From: an uncultured Desulfurococcaceae archaeon
GTDB taxonomy: Archaea; Thermoproteota; Thermoprotei_A; Sulfolobales; Desulfurococcaceae
Reading direction: 5' to 3'
Length of the DNA stretch: 43,037 nt
Assembly (NCBI GenBank): GCA_964466845.1
Contig: CAYXOO010000001.1
Location: 9,540 to 52,576, forward strand
Shown here: in pieces, positions 10,094-19,369 of the stretch
Numbering within the stretch: the stretch's first letter is position 1
How the letters are laid out: each line of letters opens with the position of its first letter
Notes under the pieces: generated by a model
The model's database searches: none
The model's input: the letters and a program-made list of their open reading frames with translations, nothing else
What the model was told of the DNA's origin: nothing
Position numbers and translations under genes: made by a program

Positions 10094-11487
10094 CTCACCA
10101 GCCTCCTCCTATACATAGAGTACATGTAGAGTGCTTTGAGTGCTCTAGCAGCTCTTTCTGGAGACTCATATACGGGTATACCTTTATCTTCTAGATTAGC
10201 TTTAAACTTCTCTGCTGTTTCACTACCTATATCTATTACTACCATAGGCTTCCCATATTTATTCTTAAGCTCTACAAAGTAGTCTATAATCCTTGGTGTC
10301 ATACCAGGTATTTGTGGTAGTGCACCAATAACTACTGCATCAACATAGGGTTTAGGCAATAGCTTCTCTAGTACAACTCTAAACCTCTCATCATCAGCAT
10401 CACCTGTTAAGTCAATGGGGTTCTCTACAATACAGTGTGGAGGAAGCACTTCTCTAAGCTCCTCCTTTAGATCATCTGGTGTAACAGGGATCTCGAATCC
10501 CTCACTAGTTAGTGCATCAGTAAGCATAACACCTATACCGCCAGCGTCAGTTACTATAAATACTCTATTACCATTCATTAGAGGCTGTGTTAGAAGCATC
10601 TTAGCTATATCGAATATCTCGTCGAAAGAGTAAGCCTCTATAATACCTGCTTGTTGGAATGCAGCCTTGTATACCTCGTAGGAACCAGCTAGTGCAGCTG
10701 TATGGCTAGCAGCAGCTTTACTACCACGTGCTGTCTTACCAGCCTTGTACACAATAATAGGCTTCTCCTTAACAACCTCTCTAGCTTTTTCAAGGAATAA
10801 GCGTCCACGCCCAGTCTTGAAGCCTTCTACATACATTATTATGATCTTTGTCTTATCATCTCTACCGAGGAACTCTATCAAGTCTACATCGTCTACATCA
10901 ACTTTGTTTCCATAGCTTATAGCTCTAGAAATCCCTATCCCATGGTAGGCCATGTAGTCTAGTAGTGCTGATGCAAATGCTCCACTCTGGCTAATGAAGC
11001 TTATGTATCCCTTTGGCGGCCTCATCATCTTCTCGTCTGGCAGGAAGAATGTATCTACACCACTCCAGTTATCATATACTCCTATACAGTTTGGTCCAAT
11101 AATCCTTATACCATACTTCTTGCTTATCTCAACAACTCTCTTCTCTAACTCCTCACCCTCTTTAGTACCTGTTTCACGGAATCCACCACTTATTATAATA
11201 GCTGCTTTAACTCCTTTCTCACCACATTCTTCTAGAACCTTTGGTACGATGGGCGCTGGTACAGCTATTACCGATAGATCGATCTTGTCTGGTACATCTT
11301 TTACACTAGGATATGTCTTAAGCCCAAGTATCTCACTATGTTTTGGGTTGATAGGGTATATCCTACCCCTGAACCTCTTTATAAAGTTCTCGACAAGTAC
11401 TCTACCAACCTTACCCTCTTTTGGACTAGCACCTATGATTGCTACACTTTCTGGGTGGAAGAACTTTTCTAGAGAACCCCCAGTCAT
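10090..11487 (-). CDS. acdA: ADP-forming acetyl-CoA synthetase, alpha subunit (CoA-binding plus succinyl-CoA-synthetase-like)
   Basis: FFHPESVAIIGASPKEGKVG, GPNCIGV, SQSGA and GSKAAASHTAALAG (catalytic His loop). The ORF is open to 11523, but ATG 11487 (MTGGSLEKFF) fits the family N-terminus. Confidence 0.85.
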   Translation of the reverse strand: MTGGSLEKFFHPESVAIIGASPKEGKVGRVLVENFIKRFRGRIYPINPKHSEILGLKTYPSVKDVPDKIDLSVIAVPAPIVPKVLEECGEKGVKAAIIISGGFRETGTKEGEELEKRVVEISKKYGIRIIGPNCIGVYDNWSGVDTFFLPDEKMMRPPKGYISFISQSGAFASALLDYMAYHGIGISRAISYGNKVDVDDVDLIEFLGRDDKTKIIIMYVEGFKTGRGRLFLEKAREVVKEKPIIVYKAGKTARGSKAAASHTAALAGSYEVYKAAFQQAGIIEAYSFDEIFDIAKMLLTQPLMNGNRVFIVTDAGGIGVMLTDALTSEGFEIPVTPDDLKEELREVLPPHCIVENPIDLTGDADDERFRVVLEKLLPKPYVDAVVIGALPQIPGMTPRIIDYFVELKNKYGKPMVVIDIGSETAEKFKANLEDKGIPVYESPERAARALKALYMYSMYRRRLVR

Positions 11488-11570
11488 ACTATATAACACC
11501 AGTTTTATGATAATATGTAGCACCTAGTATATAATGTTAAGGCTTAGTACACTAGATTGGAACAACTATG

Positions 11571-12356
11571 CTATAGTATAGGAGATGGTTCCTCAGTATA
11601 GTAGTCTTCACCACCAGCTACTACACGTTGTATCATAGCATATAGGTTCTCAAAACCCTCTCTACTAACAGCTGATACTGGGACTAGTGATGAAGAAAGT
11701 ATCCTTGGGACAATAGCCTCTAGATCACTATAGTCCCACAACAACCTAGTACCCCGATCACTTATAAGCATCTGGATAAAGCTATCCGGGTCTTCAACTA
11801 GATCAAGTAGTTTATCAACTTCCTCGCTAGGCAATAGATCGATCTTGGATAACACGTTTACTTGCGGCTTAGCTAGTCTAAGCTGTATAGATGTTGAGAG
11901 AAGAAGTGTTGATAAAAGGTTTGATGGGCTACGGCTAAAGTAGGCGTCTATAAGGAATAGTGATACACACTTAGAATCACCAATAATAGCATTTAGTATT
12001 AGAGGGCCTGACTCACGGAACGCAAAAACCTCTAGCTGCCCCGGAGTATCTATTATGATGTAGTTGCTTCTAAGACTATTTATCTCATCAATTATCTCGT
12101 CAAGCCTAGTGGCTATCAAGTCTGTTGATACAATCAGTGTACCATTAGGGCCTAGCCTATAGGCCTCCATAACCTTTCTAGCATCAACATAGTCTCTAAC
12201 ATCAACATCTGGCTTGTATGGTAGATACTCAGCAGCGGGATCGAGATTAACGGTTGCTACATCAAACCCGTAGTCCTCTAGCCATCCCTGTAGAGAACCA
12301 GTTAGTGTTGTCTTACCAGAACCAGCTACACCAAGGACTATTATATAGTATGTCAA
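11571..12356 (-). CDS. GPN-loop GTPase (PAB0955/Npa3 family)
   Basis: P-loop GVAGSGKTT, VNLDPAAE, a GPN motif (RLGPNGTL), DTPGQLE and LSKIDL. Confidence 0.85.
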   Translation of the reverse strand: MTYYIIVLGVAGSGKTTLTGSLQGWLEDYGFDVATVNLDPAAEYLPYKPDVDVRDYVDARKVMEAYRLGPNGTLIVSTDLIATRLDEIIDEINSLRSNYIIIDTPGQLEVFAFRESGPLILNAIIGDSKCVSLFLIDAYFSRSPSNLLSTLLLSTSIQLRLAKPQVNVLSKIDLLPSEEVDKLLDLVEDPDSFIQMLISDRGTRLLWDYSDLEAIVPRILSSSLVPVSAVSREGFENLYAMIQRVVAGGEDYYTEEPSPIL

Positions 12357-12402
12357 TAGCTATACACCAGCTATAGATAGCTACTTGATGGTTTATAAAC
12401 GG

Positions 12403-13488
12403 TTATATTATTAGAAATGGTCTCCTTGAACCATAGAATCTGCCACGGATATTGAGTCTATAACCACACTTTGGACACCTAAACTGGTCGTCAAGCCTCC
12501 ACTCTAGTATATAGAAGCCACGTCTAGCAATAACTAGTTCTCCACAGTTTGGACAATAGGTGTTCTCTAGTCTATGGCCCCATACATTCCCTACGTATAC
12601 ATGCTTTAATCCATTCTTAATAGCTTTCTCAGCTAGTCTCTCTAGTGTCTCAACTGGTGTTGGTGGTACATCTGTTAACATGTATTGTGGATGAAACCTT
12701 AGTAGATGGAATGGTGTCTCTGGGCCAAGGTTTTCAACAATCCACTTACTAAGCCTATCAATATCCTCTACTTTATCACCATACTTTGGTACAACAAGGT
12801 TTGTTATCTCAATCCACCATCCACGCTTCTTCATCTCAATCAATGTATCAAATATCTTCTCTGGATCACTTATCCCTATAAACTTCCTGTAGAAATCCTT
12901 ATTACCACCACCCTTGAAGTCAACAGTAGCTGCATCCATGTAGCCATCTAGTTCTTTGACAGCTTCCGGTGTCATATACCCGTTTGTAACCATTGTATTG
13001 AATAAACCGTTTTTCTTAGCAATCCTTGCTGTATCATACATGAACTCATAGAATACTGTTGGCTCGTTATAGGTGTAGCTTATACCCTGGCACCCACTCC
13101 GTATAGCTTGTTCAACAACTTCTTCTGGAGTAAATGGCTCACCATATATCCTATCCCTACGTGTCTGGCTCAACACCCAGTTTTGGCAGAAGCGGCAGTA
13201 GAAATTGCATCCTACAGTTGATATTGAGAAAACGTATGCTCCCGGGTTGAAGTGCATCAATGGCTTCTTCTCAATAGGGTCTGGATTAGCAGCTGTTAGT
13301 AATCCATAGACCAATGTATATAGCTTTCCACTGCTATTGTATCTAACACCACATGCTCCATAATTACCTGGTGGTATGATGCAGTTTCTATAGCATAGTC
13401 TACACTCTACACTACCATCTCCACGGCTAACCCAGAACTTAGCTTCTCTAACACCAGGGTTCTTTAATATATCACTACTACTAGTCAT
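12403..13488 (-). CDS. amrS: AmmeMemoRadiSam-system radical SAM enzyme (PFL-activase-like)
   Basis: N-terminal CRLCYRNCIIPPGNYGACGVR, the radical SAM triad CNFYCRFCQNW, and a C-terminal Zn ribbon CPNCG...CPKCG. Confidence 0.85.
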   Translation of the reverse strand: MTSSSDILKNPGVREAKFWVSRGDGSVECRLCYRNCIIPPGNYGACGVRYNSSGKLYTLVYGLLTAANPDPIEKKPLMHFNPGAYVFSISTVGCNFYCRFCQNWVLSQTRRDRIYGEPFTPEEVVEQAIRSGCQGISYTYNEPTVFYEFMYDTARIAKKNGLFNTMVTNGYMTPEAVKELDGYMDAATVDFKGGGNKDFYRKFIGISDPEKIFDTLIEMKKRGWWIEITNLVVPKYGDKVEDIDRLSKWIVENLGPETPFHLLRFHPQYMLTDVPPTPVETLERLAEKAIKNGLKHVYVGNVWGHRLENTYCPNCGELVIARRGFYILEWRLDDQFRCPKCGYRLNIRGRFYGSRRPFLII

Positions 13489-13514
13489 ACCCTTGACACC
13501 CTATGGCGTATACC

Positions 13515-13545
13515 ATACAGTATTTCCTACTCAATTATACTGTAT
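13515..13545. promoter_or_regulatory. 9-bp perfect inverted repeat (ATACAGTAT-N13-ATACTGTAT) in the divergent amrS/prs intergenic region
   Basis: Read directly from the sequence. The left arm lies 27-35 nt upstream of the amrS start, so it may simply coincide with a TATA box. Confidence 0.35.
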
Positions 13546-13600
13546 TCATAGGCTTTAATACCTAGCTATACACTACTAGATTATATGGTGATGGAGAGAA

Positions 13601-14503
13601 TTGGGTAAATGCTGTGTAGTACCCGGCTGTAATGAACCGGGTGTTGCAGAGAGACTAGCTGTTCTACTAGGCTGTAGTATAGCACGTGTCTATAGGAAGA
13701 GGTTTCCAGATGGAGAACTATATGTTAGAGTCGAGGATGGTATAGGTAGGGATAGCACGGTACTAATAGTCAATACAATGTATCCAAGGCAAGACCATAG
13801 CTTTGTAGAGACACTATTACTAGTAGATGCCGTAGCTAGAATGGGTGCAGGTAAGATTATAGCTATAATACCGTATATAGCCTATAGTAGGCAAGACAAG
13901 GTTTTTATGAAGGGTGAACCAGTTAGTATAGAGGTTCTACTGAGATCACTATCAGTAGCTGGTGCAACACACCTGGTAACAGTTGATATACATAACCCTT
14001 CATCTCTAGAACACTTTAGTGGATGGAGATATAACCTATTGGTATCAGACCTACTTGTAGAGAAGAGCCTAGAGTATCTAGAAAACCCAGTAGTAATAGC
14101 TCCAGACAAGGGTGCTTTAGAGAGAGCATTACATGCAGCTAGAACACTAGGGCTAGAATACGACTACCTTGTTAAGAAGAGGGATCGTGTCTCTGGTGAG
14201 GTATCTCTAGAGCCTAAAGAGATAAGTGTTAATGGTAGAGACGTGGTTATAGTAGATGATATAATAAGTACTGGTGGGACAATAGCTCTTGCAGCAAAGA
14301 AGTGTCTAGACAGTGGTGCTAAGAGAGTAGTTGTTGCAGCAACACATTCTCTACTCATAAGCAATGCATTGAAGAAGATAGTTGATGCAGGCGTCTATAA
14401 GCTTATAACAACAAACTCTATACCACTCATTGCTAGAAATGATTTTATACAAGTAGTTGATTTGAGTGAAAGAATTGCTGATACAATCAAGTCGATCACC
14501 TAG
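13601..14503 (+). CDS. prs: Ribose-phosphate pyrophosphokinase (PRPP synthetase), paralog 1
   Basis: RFPDGELYVRV, PYIAYSRQDK and the PRPP loop VIVDDIISTGGT. TTG start. Confidence 0.9.
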   Translation: MGKCCVVPGCNEPGVAERLAVLLGCSIARVYRKRFPDGELYVRVEDGIGRDSTVLIVNTMYPRQDHSFVETLLLVDAVARMGAGKIIAIIPYIAYSRQDKVFMKGEPVSIEVLLRSLSVAGATHLVTVDIHNPSSLEHFSGWRYNLLVSDLLVEKSLEYLENPVVIAPDKGALERALHAARTLGLEYDYLVKKRDRVSGEVSLEPKEISVNGRDVVIVDDIISTGGTIALAAKKCLDSGAKRVVVAATHSLLISNALKKIVDAGVYKLITTNSIPLIARNDFIQVVDLSERIADTIKSIT

Positions 14504-15509
14504 GCTATACTACTTGCTACTATCTGGTGAAAACCAGTCTCTAGCACATGCTGAAGCAAATGCTCTCCTAGACATATACAGTGTTTATAGAGAGTATTCT
14601 ACAGTATTAACACAGTTGATGGTTATAGAGGCAAATGGTTGTTATAGAGAAGACGTATTTAGAGAGATAATGTCTAGAGCAGGCTATGTACAAGAGGCTG
14701 GGAAGATAGTTAGTATATCCGATAGCTTTAGAGAAACACTATGTTCTATTAGAGAAAACTATAGTGGGCTAGAGATAAACCTAAGGATAAGCATTATACA
14801 GGGTTTAAGTTGTTATAGTAAAGACTATCTACGTAGACTAGTTATTGAAAACACTGGTATAAGGCCTAGCCATAGATCAGAGTATATGGTACACGTTATA
14901 GTATGTGGTGGACTAGTAGTTGTTGGTGAAGTAATTGCTAGAAAGCCTAGTAGGGAATACTACTGCCGTAGACCATCTACAAGGCCGTTCTTTAGAAGTA
15001 CTGCACTACCAGTAAAACTAGCTAGAGCTATGATAAACCTTGCACGTGCAAAGAGAGACTCTATACTATTGGATCCATTCTGTGGTACTGGGAGTGTACT
15101 TGTTGAAGCAGCTTCTATGGGGATACGTGTAGTAGGTATTGATATAGACTATGAAATGGCTAGTGGTTCTAGGCTTAACCTTAGACACTATGGACTAGAC
15201 AGTCTAGTAGTCCTTGGTGATTCACTACATCCTATGGTGTCTAGTGTAGACTCTATAGTAACTGATCCACCATATGGTAGAGCAGCTAGTACTTTTGATA
15301 AATCAGTGGTTGATATATACAGGTTTTTCATAGACGAGTACACCGATATACTAAGGCCGGGTGGATACATGGTCTTCTTAACACCACACTATCTAGTAGA
15401 CTATGTGGATAAGCTATTGTCTAGAAACGACCTTATAGTGGATAGTAGACACTATATCTATGTACATAGTGGTTTAACACGTATAGTATACGTGGTGTAT
15501 AGGTATTGA
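14466..15509 (+). CDS. tRNA (guanine10-N2)-dimethyltransferase (archaeal Trm-G10/Trm11-like; THUMP plus methylase)
   Basis: YYLLLSGEN...LAHAE N-terminus, SAM site LLDPFCGTGSVLVEA and catalytic DPPYG. The start is uncertain because GTG 14466 overlaps the prs 3' end. Confidence 0.8.
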   Translation: MKELLIQSSRSPRLYYLLLSGENQSLAHAEANALLDIYSVYREYSTVLTQLMVIEANGCYREDVFREIMSRAGYVQEAGKIVSISDSFRETLCSIRENYSGLEINLRISIIQGLSCYSKDYLRRLVIENTGIRPSHRSEYMVHVIVCGGLVVVGEVIARKPSREYYCRRPSTRPFFRSTALPVKLARAMINLARAKRDSILLDPFCGTGSVLVEAASMGIRVVGIDIDYEMASGSRLNLRHYGLDSLVVLGDSLHPMVSSVDSIVTDPPYGRAASTFDKSVVDIYRFFIDEYTDILRPGGYMVFLTPHYLVDYVDKLLSRNDLIVDSRHYIYVHSGLTRIVYVVYRY

Positions 15510-16267
15510 ATATAAGATGGTATCTACTAGGAACAGGATCAGCTGTACCAATAGGGAGAGGACTTCCATGCAATGTATTAAAGGTTGATGGAGACTACTA
15601 CGTCTTTGATTGTGGAGAGGGTTGTCAAGAGAGAATGTTTAGAATGGGGCTTAGTATTGTAAAGACTAGAGCTGTATTCATAACACACCTCCATGGAGAC
15701 CACTTCTTTGGATTATACGGTATGATACAGTCTATGAGCATGCTTGAACGTAGAGAGCCACTATATATCATAGCCCCTTCTCAGCTGAGAGAACTACTAG
15801 CTAATGTAGCAGCAACGACTAGCAGTGGGTTCTATGTAGAGTTTATACCTGTTAAACCATATACTATACTCTATAGTGATGGAAGGATTAGTGTAGAAGC
15901 ATTCCCTGTAGACCATAATATAGAGGCTTATGGGTACTCTATAAGTATACCTCGTAAGACAGTTGTTAAGAAGATAGTGTATACAGGTGATACAAGACCA
16001 GTAGATACAGTACTAGATGCTTCACAGGGGGTAGACCTGCTTGTACACGAGGCTACTTTTACTAGTAGTATGAGAGAGGAAGCGTATAAGCAGGGTCATT
16101 CAACAGCTCTTGATGCAGCCTTGATCGCTAGAAAGGCTTGTGCTAGGAAGCTTGTCTTGACACATATTAGTTCTAGATACGAGGATGGATACGAGCTATA
16201 CATTGATGCATATAGGTTCTTTAACAACGTAGTTGTTGGAGAAGACTATATGGTTGTATTCCCCTAG
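15506..16267 (+). CDS. rnz: Ribonuclease Z (tRNA 3' endonuclease)
   Basis: LLGTGSAVP, the MBL motif ITHLHGDHFFG, and THISSRY. The TTG start overlaps the upstream TGA (TTGA). Confidence 0.88.
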   Translation: MNIRWYLLGTGSAVPIGRGLPCNVLKVDGDYYVFDCGEGCQERMFRMGLSIVKTRAVFITHLHGDHFFGLYGMIQSMSMLERREPLYIIAPSQLRELLANVAATTSSGFYVEFIPVKPYTILYSDGRISVEAFPVDHNIEAYGYSISIPRKTVVKKIVYTGDTRPVDTVLDASQGVDLLVHEATFTSSMREEAYKQGHSTALDAALIARKACARKLVLTHISSRYEDGYELYIDAYRFFNNVVVGEDYMVVFP

Positions 16268-16695
16268 TCACGAGGCATCTCTATCTCCCATAAAGGCTTA
16301 CCCATACTAGTCTTTGGTGCTAGCCAGTCAACAAGTCTCTCTGGATCACTTGTCTCTATAACGAATACTATAGAGCCCAATGGTGACTCGTGATCGCTGT
16401 CTACAAATGATACTCTACCCATGTATGCTGCTTGTTTATTGAGTCTAAACACTATAGTGTTTCCACGTATCCCCTTATGCAGATACTTACGTGCTGCATC
16501 TAGTATCCTGTATAGCCTTAATAGATAGTGTATCTTGTGTAGAGAATATGCTGTATTAGAATATCCCCTAACAACCTTGTATCCCCTACCCTTATCCTCA
16601 ACTCTTATCTCTCCATCAAACACGTTTCGTACAGCTTTTAGTACCTTCTCAACACTCTCTGTAGGCCTAACTTCTGCTTCAACTCTCACCTTCAC
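16264..16695 (-). CDS. UPF0201/DUF54 RNA-binding protein (coaE-operon protein)
   Basis: The MKVRVEAEVRPTES...KVLKAVRNVF N-terminus is typical of the family. A 4-nt overlap links it to the upstream UPF0200 kinase-like gene. Confidence 0.65.
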   Translation of the reverse strand: MKVRVEAEVRPTESVEKVLKAVRNVFDGEIRVEDKGRGYKVVRGYSNTAYSLHKIHYLLRLYRILDAARKYLHKGIRGNTIVFRLNKQAAYMGRVSFVDSDHESPLGSIVFVIETSDPERLVDWLAPKTSMGKPLWEIEMPRD

Positions 16696-17252
16696 ACTCC
16701 CACCAGCTCCTTAAATAGTTTTTTAGCAGACTCATAAGCCTCTTCTAGACTACCCTCATTAACTATCATGTAGTCTGCAAGAGCTATAACGTCTCCAACA
16801 CCAAATGATAGCTCTATAAAGTCTCTCTTTCTAAACTCTTCCCATGTACTAGGGTCTCCGGGTCTCATCCTCTCTCTAAGTCTCTTATACCTTGTCTTTG
16901 GAGATGCATGTACTGCTACAACGACTACTCTATCAGCATGCCTTCTAAACACTTCTATCTCTTTTAAACTCCTAACTCCATCAATTACCACTACTTCACC
17001 TACACCTCTGATCTTCTCAATAGTTTTTATAGCTACAACGTCTTCTCCATACTCCTCTCTAATAGCCCTAGATGTCTCGACCATAAGCTCTGGTGTTATA
17101 CGTCCATACCTCTTCATAGTCTCTTCACGTACTATATCGCCCATATTGTATACTGGTATCCCTAGATCACTGGCTACCCTAGCTATAACACTCTTACCAC
17201 TACCCGGCATACCAGCTATGCATATCATTAGCTTAGCCATAGTATCCTCCAA
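16692..17252 (-). CDS. UPF0200 P-loop nucleotide kinase-like protein (adenylate/dephospho-CoA-kinase fold)
   Basis: P-loop IAGMPGSGKS with a kinase-like core and lid region. It shows the conserved pairing with UPF0201. Confidence 0.7.
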   Translation of the reverse strand: MEDTMAKLMICIAGMPGSGKSVIARVASDLGIPVYNMGDIVREETMKRYGRITPELMVETSRAIREEYGEDVVAIKTIEKIRGVGEVVVIDGVRSLKEIEVFRRHADRVVVVAVHASPKTRYKRLRERMRPGDPSTWEEFRKRDFIELSFGVGDVIALADYMIVNEGSLEEAYESAKKLFKELVGV

Positions 17253-17375
17253 GACTATGGTAGATATAGTTGGTAGGTTATATAGCTATAGATTCATAGG
17301 GGAAAAGGTATTATTTGGGAGTAGGTGTTTCTATTGTTTCTAGGAAGACATGGTGTGGTGTGTAGTGAATTGAGT

Positions 17376-17942
17376 ATGGTGAGGACATTTATAGCTATTG
17401 ATATAGAGGATGATGAGACTAGAGGGAGGCTTGCTAGTGTCCGAGACTATCTACTAGACTCTAGAGCCGATCTAAAACCAGTTGCTACAGAGAACATACA
17501 CTTAACACTAAGGTTTATAGGTGAAATACCTGTCTCGAAAGTCAATGAGATATGTAGTATACTACAAGAGAATCTAAGGTTTAAACCATTCAAGATGAGG
17601 ATCGAGGGACTAGGAGTATTCCCTAACATCCATAGACCAAGAGTTGTATGGGCTGGTGTTACAGAAGGTTCTAGCCAGTTAACCGAGCTACACAGCACTA
17701 TAGAGTCTCTATTGAGGAGACTACGTATACCACCTAGTAGAGAAAAGTTTGTACCACATATAACAATTGCTCGTGTAAAGAGTGGTAGGAATATAGCTAG
17801 GCTAGTAAAGTATATTGAACAGTATATCAACGAGTTCTTTGGGGAAATAATAGTTGATAAAGTAAAGGTTAAGAGGAGTATATTAACACCTCAAGGGCCA
17901 ATATATAGTGATCTATGTGTTATAAAGGCTGTTGAAGAATGA
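17376..17942 (+). CDS. thpR: RNA 2',3'-cyclic phosphodiesterase / 2'-5' RNA ligase family (ThpR/LigT, 2H phosphoesterase)
   Basis: Two HxT/S motifs (HLTLRFIG and HITIAR). The ORF is open from 17325, but ATG 17376 (MVRTFIAIDI) fits the family N-terminus. Confidence 0.85.
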   Translation: MVRTFIAIDIEDDETRGRLASVRDYLLDSRADLKPVATENIHLTLRFIGEIPVSKVNEICSILQENLRFKPFKMRIEGLGVFPNIHRPRVVWAGVTEGSSQLTELHSTIESLLRRLRIPPSREKFVPHITIARVKSGRNIARLVKYIEQYINEFFGEIIVDKVKVKRSILTPQGPIYSDLCVIKAVEE

Positions 17943-19369
17943 GTATCTATGATGGACTAGATGATCTACTAGATAGAGTACTAGAGTCTATAAGGCCTAA
18001 GAAACAAGAGTACTTGTTTATAGAGAGGGTATACTCTAGGATAAAGAATGTGTTAGAAGAAGTTCTTAGAGAACACGGTGTTGAAGCAGAAGTTTCTCTC
18101 CAAGGAAGCACAGCTAAGGATACATGGCTTTCTGGAGAATACGATCTAGACGTGTTTGTCTTATTCCCTAGTAGTTGGAGTAGGAGAGATATTGATGAGA
18201 AAGGATTTAAGTTGTTAGTAGAAGCTGGTAAGAGGATTGGAGAGTATAGTGTAAGGTATGCTGAACACCCTTATGTAAGAGTATTTGTAGAAGGTGTTGA
18301 AGCAGATATTGTACCAGCTATAAAGATCGAGTCAGCATCTAGGGCTAAGACAGCTGTTGATCGAACACCATTTCATACAAGGTATATTATAGAGAACCTT
18401 ACTAGAGAACAAAGAGACCATGTGAGGCTTTTAAAGAAGTTTATGAAGACTATTGGAGTATATGGTGCAGAGGTTAAGGTTAGAGGTTTTTCTGGATACA
18501 TGGTTGAACTATTGATCCTTGCTTATAAAGACTTTATTGGTGTATTAGAGAATGCTAGTAGATGGAAAATACCAGTATACGTAAACACACTAGGTGTTGA
18601 TAAGAAGGAGTTTAGAGAAGTCATAAGGGTTTTGAAGAAGAGGTATCCAGACTCTATACTCTATGCACCAGACCCCGTTGATCCGTATAGGAATGCTGGA
18701 GCAGCTGTATCAAGGAGATCACTAGCCATATTCTCTATAGCTGCTAAGTGTTTCCTAAAGAACCCATCAATAGACTTCTTCTTCACTAGGAGACCTAGTA
18801 GGGAGGACTATAGAGAGGCTTTTAGAGAAGCTAGCGAGAGATGCATAGTCTTACTCATACTACCAGTACTCTATAATATACCACCAGAAGCACTATGGGG
18901 TGAACTAGGGAGGATAGCTGATAGGTTAGAGAAGATAGCTAGAGTATTTGATTTCAAACCAATCTATCACAGTATATGGAGTGATGAAGAGAGATTAGCT
19001 GTTATAGGAGTTGAGTTTGAAGAGTGTACTCTCTCAAAGTATAAGTGTAGAGAAGGACCACCATACGATGCTGGTTTAAGGGTCGATAGTTTTATAGAGA
19101 AACACTACCGAGATAGCCCCTCTGGACCATGGGTTGATGAGAACGGTTTTCTAAAAGCAGTTGTTTATAGGAGGTATAGGTTTGTTGAGGAAATGCTTAG
19201 AGATAGGGCTAGAGAGTATCTTGTAGCACCGCATTTCCGTTCCATAGAACCAGTTATACTGTATGGTGGTGCAGTAGATTCTATTAGAGACAATAGTGGT
19301 GGTTTAATGGAATGGTTTGTAGATTTCGTGTTAAGGAAGCCTGTTTGGATGAGAAACTGTATAGTATAG
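17939..19369 (+). CDS. cca: CCA-adding enzyme (class I archaeal tRNA nucleotidyltransferase)
   Basis: GSTAKDTWLSGEYDLDVFVLF, VDRTPFHT and GFSGY. A 4-nt overlap links it to thpR. Confidence 0.92.
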   Translation: MSIYDGLDDLLDRVLESIRPKKQEYLFIERVYSRIKNVLEEVLREHGVEAEVSLQGSTAKDTWLSGEYDLDVFVLFPSSWSRRDIDEKGFKLLVEAGKRIGEYSVRYAEHPYVRVFVEGVEADIVPAIKIESASRAKTAVDRTPFHTRYIIENLTREQRDHVRLLKKFMKTIGVYGAEVKVRGFSGYMVELLILAYKDFIGVLENASRWKIPVYVNTLGVDKKEFREVIRVLKKRYPDSILYAPDPVDPYRNAGAAVSRRSLAIFSIAAKCFLKNPSIDFFFTRRPSREDYREAFREASERCIVLLILPVLYNIPPEALWGELGRIADRLEKIARVFDFKPIYHSIWSDEERLAVIGVEFEECTLSKYKCREGPPYDAGLRVDSFIEKHYRDSPSGPWVDENGFLKAVVYRRYRFVEEMLRDRAREYLVAPHFRSIEPVILYGGAVDSIRDNSGGLMEWFVDFVLRKPVWMRNCIV

